Below are positions 42,101 through 55,060 of a stretch of DNA of 64,000 bases, one piece after another. The stretch is taken from contig NC_068982.1 in the NCBI RefSeq assembly GCF_001194135.2, forward strand, positions 75,563,534 to 75,627,533, read 5' to 3'. This DNA is from Octopus bimaculoides. Taxonomy: Eukaryota. Made by a program: the position numbers and the translations under genes. Within the stretch, counting starts at the first letter, position 1. Each line of letters starts with the position of its first letter. The notes under the pieces are model-generated. The model was not told where the DNA came from. It saw only the letters and a program-made list of their open reading frames with translations, and ran no database searches.

Positions 42101-45100
42101 TAAAGGGTTTGCTTTCCAACCACATATCTTCGAGTTCATTCTGTGTGTGACACCTTGGGCAAGTGTCTTCAATAGACCTATGACAACCAAAATTTTTTAA
42201 GTGGATTTGGTACTCAGAACATTAGCCAACAATGGACATGTAGCAGGGACTGAACCCCAAACCTCTAAACCACACAACCATGTCTGTGCTTAAAGAATGC
42301 ACCATAGTAGAGCACATTACACACACATACACACCATTCTTGTTATCGTTTAACACTCTCTTTTCTATGATTGCATGGGTCAGGCAGAATTTCTTGAAAT
42401 AGATTTCCTATGGCCAGATATGTTTTCCATGGAAGACTGGAAATGAACAACATCTGTTGTATGATGATGATGGTGATGCTCATTCACAATCATCACATGC
42501 TGTCAAAGCAAAGAAACACACAAACATGCACGCACACATGAATATATAAATGATGGGCTTCTTTCAGTTTTCACTCACAAGGCTTTCGTCAAAGCTATTG
42601 TAGAAGACACTTGCCCATGGTGCTGCATACCAGGACTAAAGCTACATGGTTGGGCAGCAAGCTTCTTAACCATACACACAGGATAGGCCTCCTTACAGCA
42701 TTTTACAAACAAACTCCATACACAAAGTATCTGTGAAGCTATGGCAAAAGAGACTTGCCCATGTGGTTGTGCAATGGTAATAGGCCTAGAATCCTGTGGT
42801 TGTGATGTAAACTTCTAAACCATATCTGCAACCATGTGTATGTGAAAAAAAAATTTTTTAATCAATATTTTTAATATTCAATGATTTCTATTTTATTTAA
42901 TGAAAAACCATGTGGAAGAGCACATCATCATCATTGTTTAACATCTGTCTTCCATGCATGCATGGTAGGATGGTTGACAAGAGCTGGCCAGGTAGAAGAC
43001 TACCCCAGGCTACTCTGTCTGTTTTGGCAGGGTTTTTAAAGCTGGAGGCCCTTCCTAATATGAACCACTCCACAGAGTGGACTAAGTGCTTTTTACCAGA
43101 TGGTTGGGAAGAAAGCTCCTAAACCACATAATTTACATCTCTTGTAGAAATTTAGAAAAAGGTAACATACTTTGTATTGCGTGGAAAGACATTTATCATC
43201 ATCATACTTTGTGAGTGGAGTTTGTTAGTAAAAAGCTGTAAAGAGGCTTATCCTGTATGGTTAAGAAGCATGCTACCCAAAGATGTAGCTTCAGTCCTTG
43301 TTTGCAGCAACATGGGAAAATTTCAAGATGTAAATTATGTGGTCAAGAAACTTCCTTCCAAACCACATGGTCTTTGGTTCAGTCCTGTGTAGCACATTGG
43401 GAAATTTCTTCTACAACAGCCCTATATTGACCAAAGCCTTAAGAGTGGATTTGGTAGACAAACCTGAAAGAAGCCCAGTATATGTTTATACGTGTGTATG
43501 TACCTTGTCTTGATATCATATGATAGTTGCAAATGAGTATTACCATCATATGGATAATGTGGTTCATTTCCATGAAAAACATATCCATGGGGAAATATTA
43601 CTTTGCTTGGAAACAAGTGAAGGTTGGTGACAGAAAAAGAATCTGGCTATAGAAAAAATGCTTCAACAATTTCTGTCTGGGCCATGCAAGTAAAGAAAAG
43701 TGGACATTAAATAATAATAATGATAATGATGAATGTCTTTCCTCACATGATACAAAGTATATTCCTTTTTCTAATTATGTTGATTAAAGTAACAAGCCTT
43801 GTATAGACATTTTGCAAGTCATCAATGTATATTGATCACATGAAAATTACAACTGAATAAACTATAAAGTCAATAGAATATCAGCCAAAGTATTGATATT
43901 TCATATGAAACTACCAGCAATATACTAGTCCATGGCCTAAACACTTACCTCTGATTAGCTCATTCAAGTTAGCTGTAGTATTATGATATATCTCTATGAT
44001 ATATCTCACTATACTTTTGTTAATCAATACCAATTCACTCATTGTCACACTGAAGAGGATCTGATAATAGTGTATATAAGTTATAAAGTTTCCAGAATCT
44101 ACTTACTTTAACTTTGTCCAACAAACGCCGCTCTTTATTTTCAAGTGATGACTTACAAGAGCTTTCTTTCTCTAGCTGATTCTCAAGATCCTGTGAAACC
44201 AATGAAGTTTCCAATATAAATTCATTCGAACAGAAGCCAACAACACATATTTCTCAATTTTTGTATTACAACATTTGGAACATTCAGAAAGGTCATGTTA
44301 CGTATCCTGTTGAACTATGGTATCATCCCAGATGAGATTGTCAAAACCATCACTTTTATCTACAAAAACGCATCAAGCTTTGTGCAAAGCACAGACAATC
44401 CAAGTAATTTTCCAACAGCAGAAATCCATGAAGGAGACACTAATTCCTTTTCTCTTAGTGATTGTAGTGGACTAGAACCTAAGGCAAAGTGTTGATCCCC
44501 ATCCAAGACAGAGGCTGCATCAGCAAGCAAAAGGGATGATGTTAGCAGAGCCTGAATCTTTCTAACCATGATTATGCTGGTGATCTTTCCCTCACAGCTA
44601 ATCAACTGTGTGTTGTACAAAACTAATTAACATCTCTTGTGAATGCTGCAGCCTAGGTTCATCTGTTTCCCAATGCAACAAAGACTGAATGTATGACCAT
44701 CAATGATGACGAAAGCCATTTACCAATTTGTTCCAACAATGGACACACAACTCAAGGAAGTCAGTGACTTCAAATACCTTGAGTCCTATGTTACTGACAG
44801 TAAGTAAGACTTCCTTACACATATGAAACAACTTTAGGAGTACTTGTAACAAGCTTAAAATATTTCAACAAGGTTTGCCTTCTTCAAGGCATTTCAAGAC
44901 CATTTTTCTCTGCGGAGCCAAAACCTGGATTATGAAGAATGAGCTTTAAGATCATTTTGATGCTACAAACAAAGCTTCTCATGAGGACTCAAAACATCTC
45001 ATGGCATGAGCACAAAACCAATGAAAAGATTTATGGATACATTCCACCCATCTATGCTATTATTGCTCAATATGGGATAAGCTTTGTCAGTCACTGCTTT

Positions 45101-48100
45101 CAAGCTGAACAATAGGCCAGATCATGTTATATTTTGAAGATATCCACAACTACATTGATGTTATTGGTAGACATACACAACATGTAACTGAGAATCTACC
45201 AAAGCTAATGGGAGACAGAGATTCTTGGTACAGAACTGCAACATATCTCAGTTGTGGTTGCATGAAGAAGGAATTCCTTGCTGTCATTCAAGCGGGAAAG
45301 TAATGCTAATAATTTAAAAATACCTAGTAGCTTCACCATTTAAAATTTCATGAGTAGAGATATTGTGGTGTAAAAATTATAATTATCATAAAAATTATTC
45401 TTTAATACACCCAGCACTGATAATACTAAATACATTACATAAGACATGGAAGATGAAATTTTTTTTACTCCAAAGAATTCTAATTCTATAAATCTGTAAT
45501 CATCATTACAACAGTAACCAGTGCCACACGTACCCGAATTCTATCTTGATTTCGTCGATCCTTATTTTCAGCTAACTTTCTGTCTGATGACTCTTTTTCT
45601 AATTGAGTCTCCAGTTGCTATAGAAACAAAATTTAAAAAACAAACATCATCTTGAAACAGCAAAATAATTAAAAAACAACAAACAAACAGAAAAATCAAT
45701 ATTTTCATAGATATACCAGTCACTAAAAAAATTTAAATATCCTTATTTTCTTTGTCACTTATTAGAAATTCAAAGTAAATACTGGAAACGAAAAAAAGCA
45801 GAGATTGGTAGTAGGTGGAGGGAGTGAATTAATTTCAAATGAAAGAAATGAAAGATAATTAATTTAAATAGTTCATCCATTAATTAGGTTTTAACCAGAC
45901 ACATTAATTAGCACCAAAGTAGAATTAACAGGTAAATTTCTGCTACCAGAACAGTTAATAGTTGTAAACATTATCAAGAAGAGAAGAGCCAAAAAGAAAA
46001 AATATAATCAATATGTAAGCTTTACCTTGATCTTCTCCAAGTTGCGACGATCTTTGTTCTCAAATTGTTTTTTAGAAGATGTAATATCATCCAACTTGTT
46101 CTCAAGAGACTACAAAAATATGGAAGAAGGCATAATATTTATAGATCTTGAAAATTATCAGAATATTGAAGTGTATTTTCATAATTTTCACCTAAAAACT
46201 TTTAAAATGGAATACATTTTCATTAAAGATCATAATAATGTTTTACCAAACAAGGCTCTCACATATCCTAATATTACTCAATGGCTCTGATATTCAAAGT
46301 TTGTATAAATGCTACTGAAGCTTCTGTTTCTAAAAATGTTCATCTGTAAGTGCATGTAGGATGGTTAAAAAGCTCACTTGGTGACCGTCTTTCTCCTCTT
46401 CCTTTAACACCCATTTTACATACTGGCATGGGTTGAATGGTTTAACCAGAGCTGGCAAGCAGGAAAGCTGCACCAGGTCTCTGTCTGATTTGGCTTGGTT
46501 TCTACAGCTGGAGACCCTTCCTAATGCCAACCACTTTACAGTGTGTGATGGATGCTTTTAACATGGCACAAATGCTTTTATGTGGTGCTGGCATGAGTGT
46601 GTTTTATGTGGAACTGGTAGAGAGCTCTTGCAGGCTGTTCCTCTCATCAAGGGGAGTGGCCTTAACACTTCTGCTGTGGAGGATAGGACTTCTTGAGTAC
46701 AGCATGGTGCCAGATATTTCAGACCATTATCGTTTCTATAAGGTTCAATGCTCTGAAGTCGTCCTTCAGTACTTTGCCCCATGTGTTCCATCCACTTTGA
46801 GTGATCAGCATTCCTATATGAAGCTGTTGACATCCATCTGTGTCACATGACCGCACAGTTTTGAATTCATTCCCACTGTGCAGTAACAGATCTAGGCTTT
46901 TTCAAAGTTCTCCTGCATTTAGAAACCAGCTGAAATTCAAACCATAGTGCTCAAATTTTCCTAGTCTAGAATCATAGCCTAATATATTTCCATCAAAGGA
47001 AAAGAGTTACCATAAAATATATTAATGCCTACGCAAACATGGTTTGACCAATCAGCACTGGCTGACTTATGTCTGAGGTCACAACTGCATAAGAAATGCA
47101 GAAGTCTGCTTGCCAATTGGATTCTAGAACCTTCTGGTTGGCAGTTATTTCAAAGGCAAGCAAAATCAACTTTGGTTTATTTTACCTCATTTTTCTCTCC
47201 TATTCACAGACCTTAACTAGTAGTGTCAATCAATGAATATTCATTTTATACATTGATTCATAGTGCTCTGTAATTCTTTCACAATATTAATTTGTTGAAT
47301 GTACGTCTGTAAATTTAGACAAATCTTAAGTATGGTTATTTTCAAAACACATCCTACATGACATTGAGAATAGCTAAAGAAGAACATAGGACCACAAGCT
47401 ACACTAACATGTGTTTAATCATTCAACCATGAAATGAAAATAAAACTTATTTAATTCTCAACATCTTGTTGCAAATATTCTAAGTCAAAAGTTCAGTCTC
47501 GTAATAATTCTGTTACAGTACAGAAATAGACGAGATTACAGCTTTCTCTCTCACATTAAAGAGTTCCTTACTTCCTTCAAAATGAATGTAAATAAGGTTA
47601 GTACAATTCTTGTGATATTGCAGGTTTCAGGACTGGCTGATTGATGAAGTTCTTTCTTGTATGATGTTGCACATGAAGTTAAGAGTTAAGACAACTAGGT
47701 TGACTATTAAGCTAAGCTCCAATGATAGTATCAGGTTTTGAATACAGAATATTTCAATCAACAAATTAGTTATTTAATCATCAGCTGTTCCATTAACAAA
47801 TAGCAGAGGCTGAGTGGGTAGGGTAGTGGACTATAGGCTTAATAAACTTGATTTCAAATCCACCACAGATGTTTTAGTAATACATTTTTTAATCTATATC
47901 ACTTCACTTGCCCTGGCTGTTTGATTATGATTTACCTTAACAGATTCTTGTAAACGCTTCTCTTTATTCTCAGCAAGTTTCCTACCAATTTTTTCCTGTT
48001 CTAGATCATGGTCATATGCCTGTAAAAGAATGATACACCTGTATAAACACACACACTAACATACATCTATATGCACATAAACACATGCACTCACAAAAAT

Positions 48101-51100
48101 ATAGTTTTTTTTTTATATATACTTAAAATATATATAAATAGTCAAACATTAATTGAAGGCTCAATATAGTAAATATTTAGTGAATAACTTCATGCTTATT
48201 TTTACAAGGAAATGGTTAAGACTGACTTTAATGTTTCGCCAGTTATTGACTTATATATAAATTTTACGTGCAATATATGGATTCATGGAATCTAGTGGTA
48301 ATCACAGAAAAGCTCCTCTAGTGGACCTGGCTACATACCACATAGCAATCCAATGGAGAAGTGTAATGTGGAGTCAATGTAGCCAAAATCTAGTAGATCC
48401 AATCGATGAAATTATTTTATGAGGAGTATATAGAACATAAAAAGTCAGAAGGTATGAGAAATGAATATATTTCACCAGTTGATATCCGTAGGATGATGGC
48501 CATCTGGCAGTCTTCATCATGTAATAATAATTCTTATTTTAGTGCATAAGTTTAAACAGAAGTTAAAATAACCACCTTGATGGATAGAAAATATCCAATG
48601 AATTACTGGTTTGTTACTTACTATTTTGTTGTGAATAGTAATATTCCTAAAGTAATAAGGTTTAATTATAAAACTTTGTTTATAAATATTCAAACTAAAA
48701 TCCAGAAAATAGTGAAGTAGCATTAATATATTTTATTAACTGCAAAAATTCAACATGTTCCCTTACAGCTGTTTCGATATTGCCCAAATGAATTAAATTC
48801 CAGTAATTAAAACATTTTTTGGGGCAAAATCTTGTCAGAGGAGTAAAAAAAGTAAGAAAGACATATCGTTAGGTTATTAACATGTTATTCTTCTAAAACA
48901 CAACAGAGATGTATAATAAATTATTTTACATGTCTGCACTAATATGCATGTTATACATTGCATAGTGCTATTGCACATTTACAAATTGATGCAGATATAG
49001 AAGGCTAGCTCTTCAGATCAACAGAACATTCTGGTTACATCAATTTTTCAATGAGTCTAACAGTTCCACCAATCTACCACTTTGGATTGCTACTTTTCAA
49101 TTGAACCCCAAAAGACTGTAAGGTGAAGTTATCTCAGTGGAATTTGTACTCAGAATCAGAACAAATGCTGTGAAACATTCTATCCAACACTAACCACTGT
49201 GCCAATTAGCTCAGTGCCAACACCAAGATCAAACTCACTGAGCTTGCTCTAGAGATGAATAACTTGTAGTGAGGCTTTGGCCAGCCCCTTGAAAGAACAG
49301 AATACCCACATAAATGTTTGCTGGTCAATCAGCACTGGTTGGCATGTTTAAAGGAAGGTTATGTAAGCTTCCCACCAACTTGCAATTTAAAGGTACTGGA
49401 AGGTTTTGCTCTGGGTTAAATAAATTGATTATTTGAACTCTGTGCCAGATTCAACTTGAATTTCAGACAGAGCAATGTCACTTTGTTCCAAGACATGTGC
49501 TCTAACCTCTTTCTCCTTATATAATCCTCAAAGGAGATGTGTTCAACAAAATTTAATTTACTCTGGTGTTTGATGTCGGCATATATCTATCTATCTATCT
49601 ATCCACTTACCTGCTCTATTTTCTCTTATTTCTATAATAATGTAAGGTACTTGCAACATAAATTTAATGAGATCATTCTCTATATCTTCCATGTTATAAA
49701 TCTTCCTATATTACCTATAGACATACAGATATATTCTTCAACATGATATAAATACACTTTTGTAAAGATATACGATATAAACAGCTAAATATCATAAATA
49801 CATATTTATTTGTTTATATGGTCATTCTTGCCTGTAAATGCAGCCTCATACCTAATTGCTTATTGCCGATGATATAATAATGACTCACAAATTGTTAGCA
49901 TTGGTACAGTCTTTATATAGTTTGAACACCATCTTGCGCAATTAAATGACAATCTTAACTAGTAAAATTGATCTCATGACCATAGTTCGGTAACATTATT
50001 ATCCCTGTATTTAAATTCAAACCCTCACCAAAAACAATGAAATTGGCATGAAAGATATCGAAGCTTTATCAACAAAACCCATGGCATGATACCCTCTTTC
50101 TTGTTCACCTCTTGGAACAATTTTTTTTTATCTTACCTTTATCTTATCAGTAAAACGTTGTTCTTTGTTTTCCAGTGTTTTTTTGCTACTTTCTACACTT
50201 TCTAACTGATTTTCCAAATTCTGAAAGAGAAGAAATATTTGGAATTGTCAGGTACTACAACAGTAATCAGCACCACTACTACCAACATCATCATTATCAA
50301 ATGAAAGAAAATATATTCGAGTAGGAAGTAGCAAGTATCACCACCATTGCTCCCACCACCCATGTTCCTCTTCCTGTAAGTTAGAGGATTTGAACAAAGC
50401 TCAGCTCCTACCTGAACTAATTTTACATTTCATTCTTTTGTAACCAGTGAACTAATTTTGTTTAACTGACTACATTCTCACCCTAGTAGAGAAAAGCCTA
50501 AAACTGAGTCAAGAAACCTCAAAATCAAAAAAGCTGTTTCGAAACAAAATGTATGCATATTTGTCTTTGGCCAGTTTACATCAGCAGAAGATGGAAACAC
50601 TGCTGAGAAATCTAAAACAAAAATAGTTCTTTCAAAATGAAATCCCTTCCATTAGGTTAGACACTTCCTTACTTAGAGATAGGTGAAGGTTTGTGACAGG
50701 AAGGCCATTCAGCAGTAGAATATCTGCCTCAACAAATTTTATTTGACCCATGCAAAAATGGAAAAGTGGACATTAAAATGATGATGATGATGATATCAGT
50801 TGCATAGTGCCTGAGCTCTGAACTGAAAGCCTTGCATTTAGTAAGCTAAGATCAGCATGTAAATTTATTTTCTTAAATTTACATAGAAAAGGGAAGAGCA
50901 AACCTACAATTAACAATAGAGGTGGTTGTTGTATACTATTAAAAAAAAAATGAATAAAAATGTCCTATTTATTAAGTCACTCCTGTATCTTATAGAGGAA
51001 AGAAAGAGACAACAGTCAATTTTGTCAACACAACACAATATACAGGTATGGTTTAGAAGTTTGCTTCACAAACATGTGGTTTCAGGTTCAGTCTCATTCT

Positions 51101-54100
51101 ATGGCACCTTGGACAAGTGTCTTCTACAGTTCCAAGCCGATCAAAGCTTTATGAGCAGATTTGATACAGAGAAACTCTGTGGAAGCTTCTTATATATCAT
51201 TGTATGTATGTGTGCGCATGTTCCCCACTCCCAATCACTTGACAACCAGTGTTGATTTGTTTACACCCAACACCTACAAAAACATTTGCATTTTGGCAAA
51301 ACGAAACTAAGAGAAAGATACTACACATCAAATAAGTAGAGGGGTTGATTTGTTTAACTAAACCTTTTAAGATGGTGCTCCAGCATGGCCACAGTTCAAC
51401 AACTGAAACAGTAAATAAATAAAAGAATTTCTATATCTATCAACTCCAATAGAATGACAGGAACAGCTGGTCCCAGTAGAACAGAATATGTTACCTGTAA
51501 CAATGCACTACTGAATGAGTATCTAGGTCAGATCCCATATGTAAACCCAAAATAACTTAGGCAGCTTTACAGAAATACCTGGAACATAGGAACATCACAG
51601 TACATCTAACCTGATGTTGTGGATGACTATTTTTTTAAGCATGTGTGTGTATATATATGTGCATGCACTATCACAAGTGTGAGAAGTATTATTAATAAGA
51701 TATAGTTGTGGCCCTTCCATGAGGTTATTGACAATTCCTGGATATGGAAATGTATTGATAGGCTTCTCAATCCTTTAAAAAAAAAAACCCAAAAAACACA
51801 CACCACAGTTCTAAAGGAGACTGAGAAACCATCCTCCAGATGATAGGTATATAAATACATAGAAACAGCAGTCTCAATTATATCAGAATCAGTAGGTTTT
51901 ATGAATAGAGGTAGCAGGATTCATACAAAACTGGATAGACTCTACAAGATAACATTACCAGGCATGAAGGAAGAACGAAGCGTACAGAACTCTAACAAAT
52001 ACACAAATAACAAACCATTTTAACTTCCCACACAAATAACAAAAAATACAATAAAGTAGCAACATTGGCACTATGAAACAAGTCTGGTGATGCAATGAAA
52101 TTTCAAACAGTAACAATAGCAGCACAAACTTCAACAGTAAAACTTGGAGGAAATGTTACATTGGCAAAGATGATGATGATAATGATGGTGGTGAAGGTGG
52201 TAGTGGTGATGATAGGGTGGTAGCATTGTTGATAATGATGGTGGTGTGTTGGTAACAGTGGTGATGGAGGAGGTAGTAATGGTAGAGGTGAGCATTAGAA
52301 ATTAACAAACACTGAATAAAATAGCTACTGTGAAACAGCAACGACATTATCTAACAACATCCTTTGGAATAACTATAATGAGAGGCAAATACATTTGGGA
52401 CCGTTCAACAGAGGATTCAATACCTTTGTATCTTAGTGTTCTGATTTCAAATCATGGTATCAGCTTCAACAATGATTATCATTTCTTTTCATGATTAACA
52501 AAATAAATACCAATAAATACAGATATTAATTAATCATGTGGCCCAGTGATTAGGGTGTTGAGCTTATAAAACTAAAGTTGCAGGGTTCTATTCTTGAATC
52601 AGGCGGTGCACTGAATCCTTAAACAAGGTACTTCTTTTCATGTGGCTTCAATCAACCCAGCTGAAAATGATCACTAGTCTTGTACTGGTGCAGCCCTCTC
52701 TCCTTCATTAGCTGTCACATCCTCAGTGTGCCATGAGTAAGAGGTCCAAAAAGGCATTTATGACTGCTCACAAATACATAGCTACCAAAAACAATTAGTA
52801 AAAGCATGCTGCCTGATTCAAGAATAGAACCCTGCAACTTTAGTTTTATAAGCTCAACACTCTAATCACTAGGCCACATGATTAATTAATTAATCTCTGT
52901 ATTTATTGGTATTTATTTTGTTAATCATGAAAAGAAATGATAATCATTGTTGAAGCTGATACCACGATTTGAACTCAGAACACTAAGATATTAAGGTATT
53001 GAATCCTCTGTTGAACGGTCCCAAATGTATTTGCCTCTCATTATAGTTATTCCAAAGGATGTTTTTAAATAATGTCTTTGCTGTTTCACAGTAGCTATTT
53101 TATTCAGTGTTTCCTACTCACTTGCAAATGAAAGTTATAGTATAATAATGCCATGTATAGCATTTAAATATGCTTGTATCTCCAAATCAAGTTTGTATTG
53201 AGATAGAAAAATTTTTTTTATTATTAATGAGGGTAGCAAAAGGTGTTTGGAAGGGGGCAGAGTTTATGAAATTTATGTAAAAGAATTTCTAAGATGCAGT
53301 GAAATTAACTTAGATGAACTGAAATCCTGTTGCCACTATATAATTTTCAAACTAAAAGGTTTTGGTTAAAACATCAAAGTGCTAGCAAATAGTTATACTA
53401 CTACTTCACAATTATAGGTGCATGTATGGCTGTGTGGTTAAGAAGCTTGCTTTCCAGCCGTAGCCCTAGGCCAACTAATGCCTTGCGTGAGAGAATCTGG
53501 TAGATGGTCAGTGTGTGAAAGCCTGTCATGTGTGTGTGTGTGTTCCCCACCCACTGCTTGAGAAATGGTGTTGGTTTGTTTATATCCCTGTAACCAAACA
53601 GCTTGGCAGAAGATGCTGATAGAATAAGTATCAGACTATATAAAAAAAATAAGTACTGGAGCTAATTTGTTCAACTAAACTCTTCAAGGCAGTGCCCTAG
53701 CCTGGCCCATGACTGAATAAGTAAAAAATAACTGAGTGTTGATATAAAGACATAAAATCTACACTTTCACATAATTATTCACATAATTATAGGAAATTTG
53801 ATTTAAATTTTGAAACCCTTTGATAATAGTAATGTCTACAATATTCATAATACTTACTTTTATTTTATCAATGAGCTGCTGTTCTTTACTTTCCACCATT
53901 TTCCGACCAGCATTGGCATGATCCAACTCAGTTCCTAAAGTCTGCAATAGGAAATAAAATATTTTCTGGTTTATTAAAAACTAATATAAAATTGTAAGTT
54001 TGTTAGTTAATTGTATTACCATTTCTCACTCTATTCTAATTTTTCTGCTAACAGTAAAATCCAATATCAAACATCAGTGAAGATAAACATTTACTTTACA

Positions 54101-55026
54101 TTTCCTTGGTCTATGATAGTCAAGACTACATTCAGAAAAGAGCAATTCTTATAATTTACAATGAATGTGTCCCACCCACATTTCACAAGAAAATTTCTCA
54201 CACACATTACCACAACAAACCAAATTATGTCTCTACATCTCTTCCTCACATTTCTGTTTCATACACTATGCTTACCTCCCACTCCCCAATCTTGTCCTCT
54301 TGGCCCTGAGCCACTGTATCATTGCTCTCCACTAGCCCCCGACTTGTGTGTCCCACCTACATGCCCTGTCTTGCTGTATTATCACTATCTGCTAGCCCCT
54401 GACCTGTGTTTCACCCACATGTAACAAGAAAACTTTTGACTCATCCTACTCTAACAAACCAATCTACATCATATCTCTTCTCGTCCTCACATTTCCTCAG
54501 TCTCACTTCAGTAATATTATTACTATAGGAGGAGATGATGAGGCTGATGTCAACATTAAAATCAGGTATGCAGCAGCAGTGTTCAGAGAAATGAACAAAA
54601 TCTGGGTCAGCACCTCAATCAGCAACAGTATTGGCAGATGCCCATGAAATTATTAACCATCTTACTAACAATGACTCTGAGCACCTTTTCAAATTCCACC
54701 TGTCTAACACCCGTGGACATGTTTACAAAGTCAGAAAACAGCACAACTCCTATGAATTTCGGAAACACTTTTTCACACTAAGAGTTGTTGAAGTATGGAA
54801 CAAACTGCCGGCATCAGTTGTTAGTTGTCGGAGCACTGCATCCTTCAAAACTTCCATGCTTCCTGAGATTCGCCAACACTACACCTGATTTTCTCCCCGC
54901 CATACACACGCAAGCATGTATCTGATTCATACACTGTTCACTTTCAAGACATTTGTACAATACTGCATATGCTTTATGCGCAATTTTGAGAAGTTGTAGT
55001 ACACCTGAGCACTGTATACAATAATT

Positions 55027-55060
<34 letters not shown>

